From assembly GCA_000320545.1 (NCBI GenBank), contig ADNK01000827.1, positions 1 through 64,000 of the forward strand: a DNA stretch of 64,000 bases, written 5' to 3'. The notes under the pieces were generated by a model. That model ran no database searches and had not been told where the DNA came from. It saw nothing but the letters and a program-made list of their open reading frames with translations. Below are positions 61,426 through 64,000 of this stretch, in pieces. Made by a program: the position numbers and the translations under genes. How positions within the stretch are numbered: position 1 is the stretch's first letter; every line of letters starts with the position of its first letter. This DNA comes from Bigelowiella natans CCMP2755. Taxonomy: Eukaryota > Protista > Cercozoa.

Positions 61426-64000
61426 TCATCTAATGCTAATGCTCTTTCGAAGAAGTTCATTCAGTATGCGGGCCTCAAAGGGGCCAGATACCTTGAAAGG
61501 AAAGTAACATCTGTGATTTGGAACCCAAATCAAAGAAGTATGTAACAACAATAGCAACACTAATTAAGGAGCAAACACCTGATCTCGTGTTGAATCCAAG
61601 CACTTCAGCATTGTCTGTGTGTCGCCGAATACAACATGCGACCACGAGGTTTTCCCGGTCCGCCCAGCTCGGCCTATCAACTAGGAAATAGAACAAAGAG
61701 GGGAGGAGTCAATATTTACACATCATCTAAATGGGGGGGAGGTAATCCGTATGTCCGCAAAGTTGTTTCCTTCGAGTGCAATGGAAGAAAGAAACATCAC
61801 CGATCAACTACCTGGAGAAGAGAGTTCCGAGTCGCTGTTTTTGCATACCTAATAATTGGATGGATGGTGAGATTTGCAGCACTTTCGTGAGTGTTGTGGT
61901 TGGTGGTATAAACGTGTTGTGTGTTTCTGTGTGTGCGCGCGCGCGCACGCTCGCGTGTGGTTCTTACGATCGATCAATTACGACAGTGTGAATGGGTAGG
62001 TTTGTTCCTACAAAGGTATAAAGGAGTCAGTACACTTGACAACACGTGCTAAATACTCATCATTTTGGCCTAGGAGCATGGCCGAAGAGTGCAAGTATCA
62101 CCGATGTTTTGACACACAAAGTTTGACCATCTTGCACTTCACCACCACCCACCGTAAACAATCGCTGGATCGGAGAACAGGTGCGAGAGGTACTACGTTT
62201 GCAAGCAGAAGAAGGGACAACACGCACACAAACAAACAACTCATATGGCAGAACGATGCAGTGAGAAGTCAGGAAACTCTTCCTCCTCAGATGCACAAAT
62301 CGCCATAAGAATAATTACATTTTCTAAAATAGTGTATATGTGAAATCTATGTGCTGTGAGAGTATGTGCAATATGTATATATATATTTCTGTATTATGTA
62401 TTTGTACGTGCTTCGCCATAAAGTCCAACGTTGCCTCCACTATGGGTTCTGGCTGCCCCAAAGGACTTGGTAATTACATGATAGCCACACACCAACTTTG
62501 TTAGGGGAGGAAGGAGAGATTCCTCTTATCTTCCATAGAGAAGATTCGTATCTTGCAACGGCTCAAAGAGGGGAAATCATCATCATCATCATCATCCTTG
62601 CTGTATGCTTAAACATCACACGAATCACTAGACACGACAACCTGTAGAGGCCTATTCCAGAAAGCAGGCGCTTGACAGCATCCTCGTCATATCTGTTTAT
62701 TGTTGGTTGTTGTTGCTGCTGGCATTATTACCATATACGCGTAAATATGTGCATGTTTAGCTATAATCTCTTCATTATGTAATTAAGCAGGAGCTCGTGA
62801 TGTTGAAGTCACTCTCACCCAGAGAGATTCTCCACTTGGTCCAGCTCAATCGGTATCTGCAAAGTGTAGCGACCACACAGTGTGGAAGTAATGCTTGAAA
62901 TTGGAAGAAAATAAAGCATATGTTGCAATCAACGTAATTAATAATAAGCATTCTCACATCTTGCCAGCATGTGAAACAACCGCCACCTGCGCATGGTCGG
63001 CAGCATCGCTCATTATCACGGATAGAGCGCTGGCAGACCACGCCCTCCACGCAGCGCACACGCGCATGATGACAACAGCAACGACACCCCACGCTCGCTG
63101 ACCACGGTCCTGTAGGTAGATTCGATGTTTGAGGAGCCTCCAGGGGCAAATCGTTCTTCGTGTTCTCTTGAATTCACCTGATCACATTGATGATGATAGC
63201 AGCGCCATCTTAGCACCTATAATCATGTCGCATGTGCTGTAATTTCACTCTCCAAGCACAGAACAGGCCCGCAACTACACATACAGTTCCGGGGCTGTTT
63301 TAAAGACAATACAGAAGAGCTATGATCGCATTTGTGTGCTGGAAGGAATGTGAATAATAACTCTATCTATAGAGGACTCCTTTTCCGACACACAAACGCC
63401 ACCCATCTTTATGCGATATAATCGTAATTTGTTTCATTTGAACAACAACGCCGCCAACAACAACAACAACAACAAGACGAAGAAGAAGAGAGTATAATAC
63501 CAAGTTTTCTGAAGGCCATTGAATCTTCGGTTGTTTTCCCATCATTGGAACATAAGAGTAAGAAGTAGTCGTTGTGAGCTCGATGACAATGGTGATGATG
63601 GTCAAAAACGATAAGGAAGAAATGCTACTTTAAAACCAACCAACAGGCCATATCATTCGAACGACGAAATTCAAAAGAAATGCAGGAAAAGATCTCGAAA
63701 AGATGAGTAATTGACACTAATACACACGCACAGCCGTTGTTGCTCTATCATCCTAGTTATGATCCTAATGATGAATCTCTTCTGCTCCCCTCCTTCTCCA
63801 CTTGTCCATATACAAATTGTACCGTGGTATATCCCGCTCTCTCGTTCTGTAAGGCCTGCTCCTACAGACGATAGGAATGTGACAAAGATTAAGCTACTGA
63901 CAACTACTCGACTACTTCGGAAGAGGCGCAATGAGTTTGAGGGATTGTCTTTTCCATATACAGCTGGATTAAATAAATATTTATATATATATATATACAT
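61426..64000 (-). CDS. 3' part of a multi-exon superfamily-2 (Ski2/DDX60-like) helicase
   Basis: Spliced motif VI RNSLLQ/LIGRAGRTG (~61812-61848 plus ~61580-61680) and KRLLSGIGLY (~62642-62695, like Ski2 L.RGIG.H); many short exons. 5' end lies beyond the window. Confidence 0.6.

Noticed and set aside
1-64000. CRISPR arrays, rRNA genes or prokaryotic operons
   Set aside because: No repeat-spacer arrays or rRNA motifs seen; the DNA is spliceosomal-intron-rich and eukaryotic.

Overview
This is gene-dense, intron-rich eukaryotic nuclear DNA with microsatellite-filled introns. It is probably from a chlorarachniophyte alga (Bigelowiella-like). That is an inference from green-lineage plastid proteins (ORANGE, an At1g52510-type alpha/beta hydrolase) carrying signal-peptide leaders, alongside ciliary genes. 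About 18 genes are readable: an NHL-repeat protein, HSP101/ClpB (with heat-shock elements), meckelin/TMEM67, a double-SAP protein, syntaxin, TAF13, an MMtag-like protein, a long EF-hand/PH/ankyrin/FYVE/R-SNARE protein, ABHD13, TRM6, DNAAF6, a secreted aldose 1-epimerase, ORANGE, an alpha/beta hydrolase, a Pro-rich CaaX protein, HSF, an orphan ORF and the 3' part of an SF2 helicase. They lie almost strictly alternately head-to-head and tail-to-tail. The most striking signal is non-coding. Two blocks of about 2 kb (4957-6780 and 49290-51240) have lost almost all TpA dinucleotides, gained TpG/CpA, and kept CpG. In the second block about half of the surviving TpAs are in CTAG. One block contains a LINE endonuclease relic whose conserved Tyr is now His. 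A milder form of the signature marks every tail-to-tail intergenic zone, and two copies of a short repeat differ largely at TpA sites. This looks like a region-targeted TpA-to-TpG/CpA (A-to-G on both strands) hypermutation process, opposite in direction to fungal RIP, and may be a genome-defence system. Exon boundaries and counts were read by eye and are approximate.
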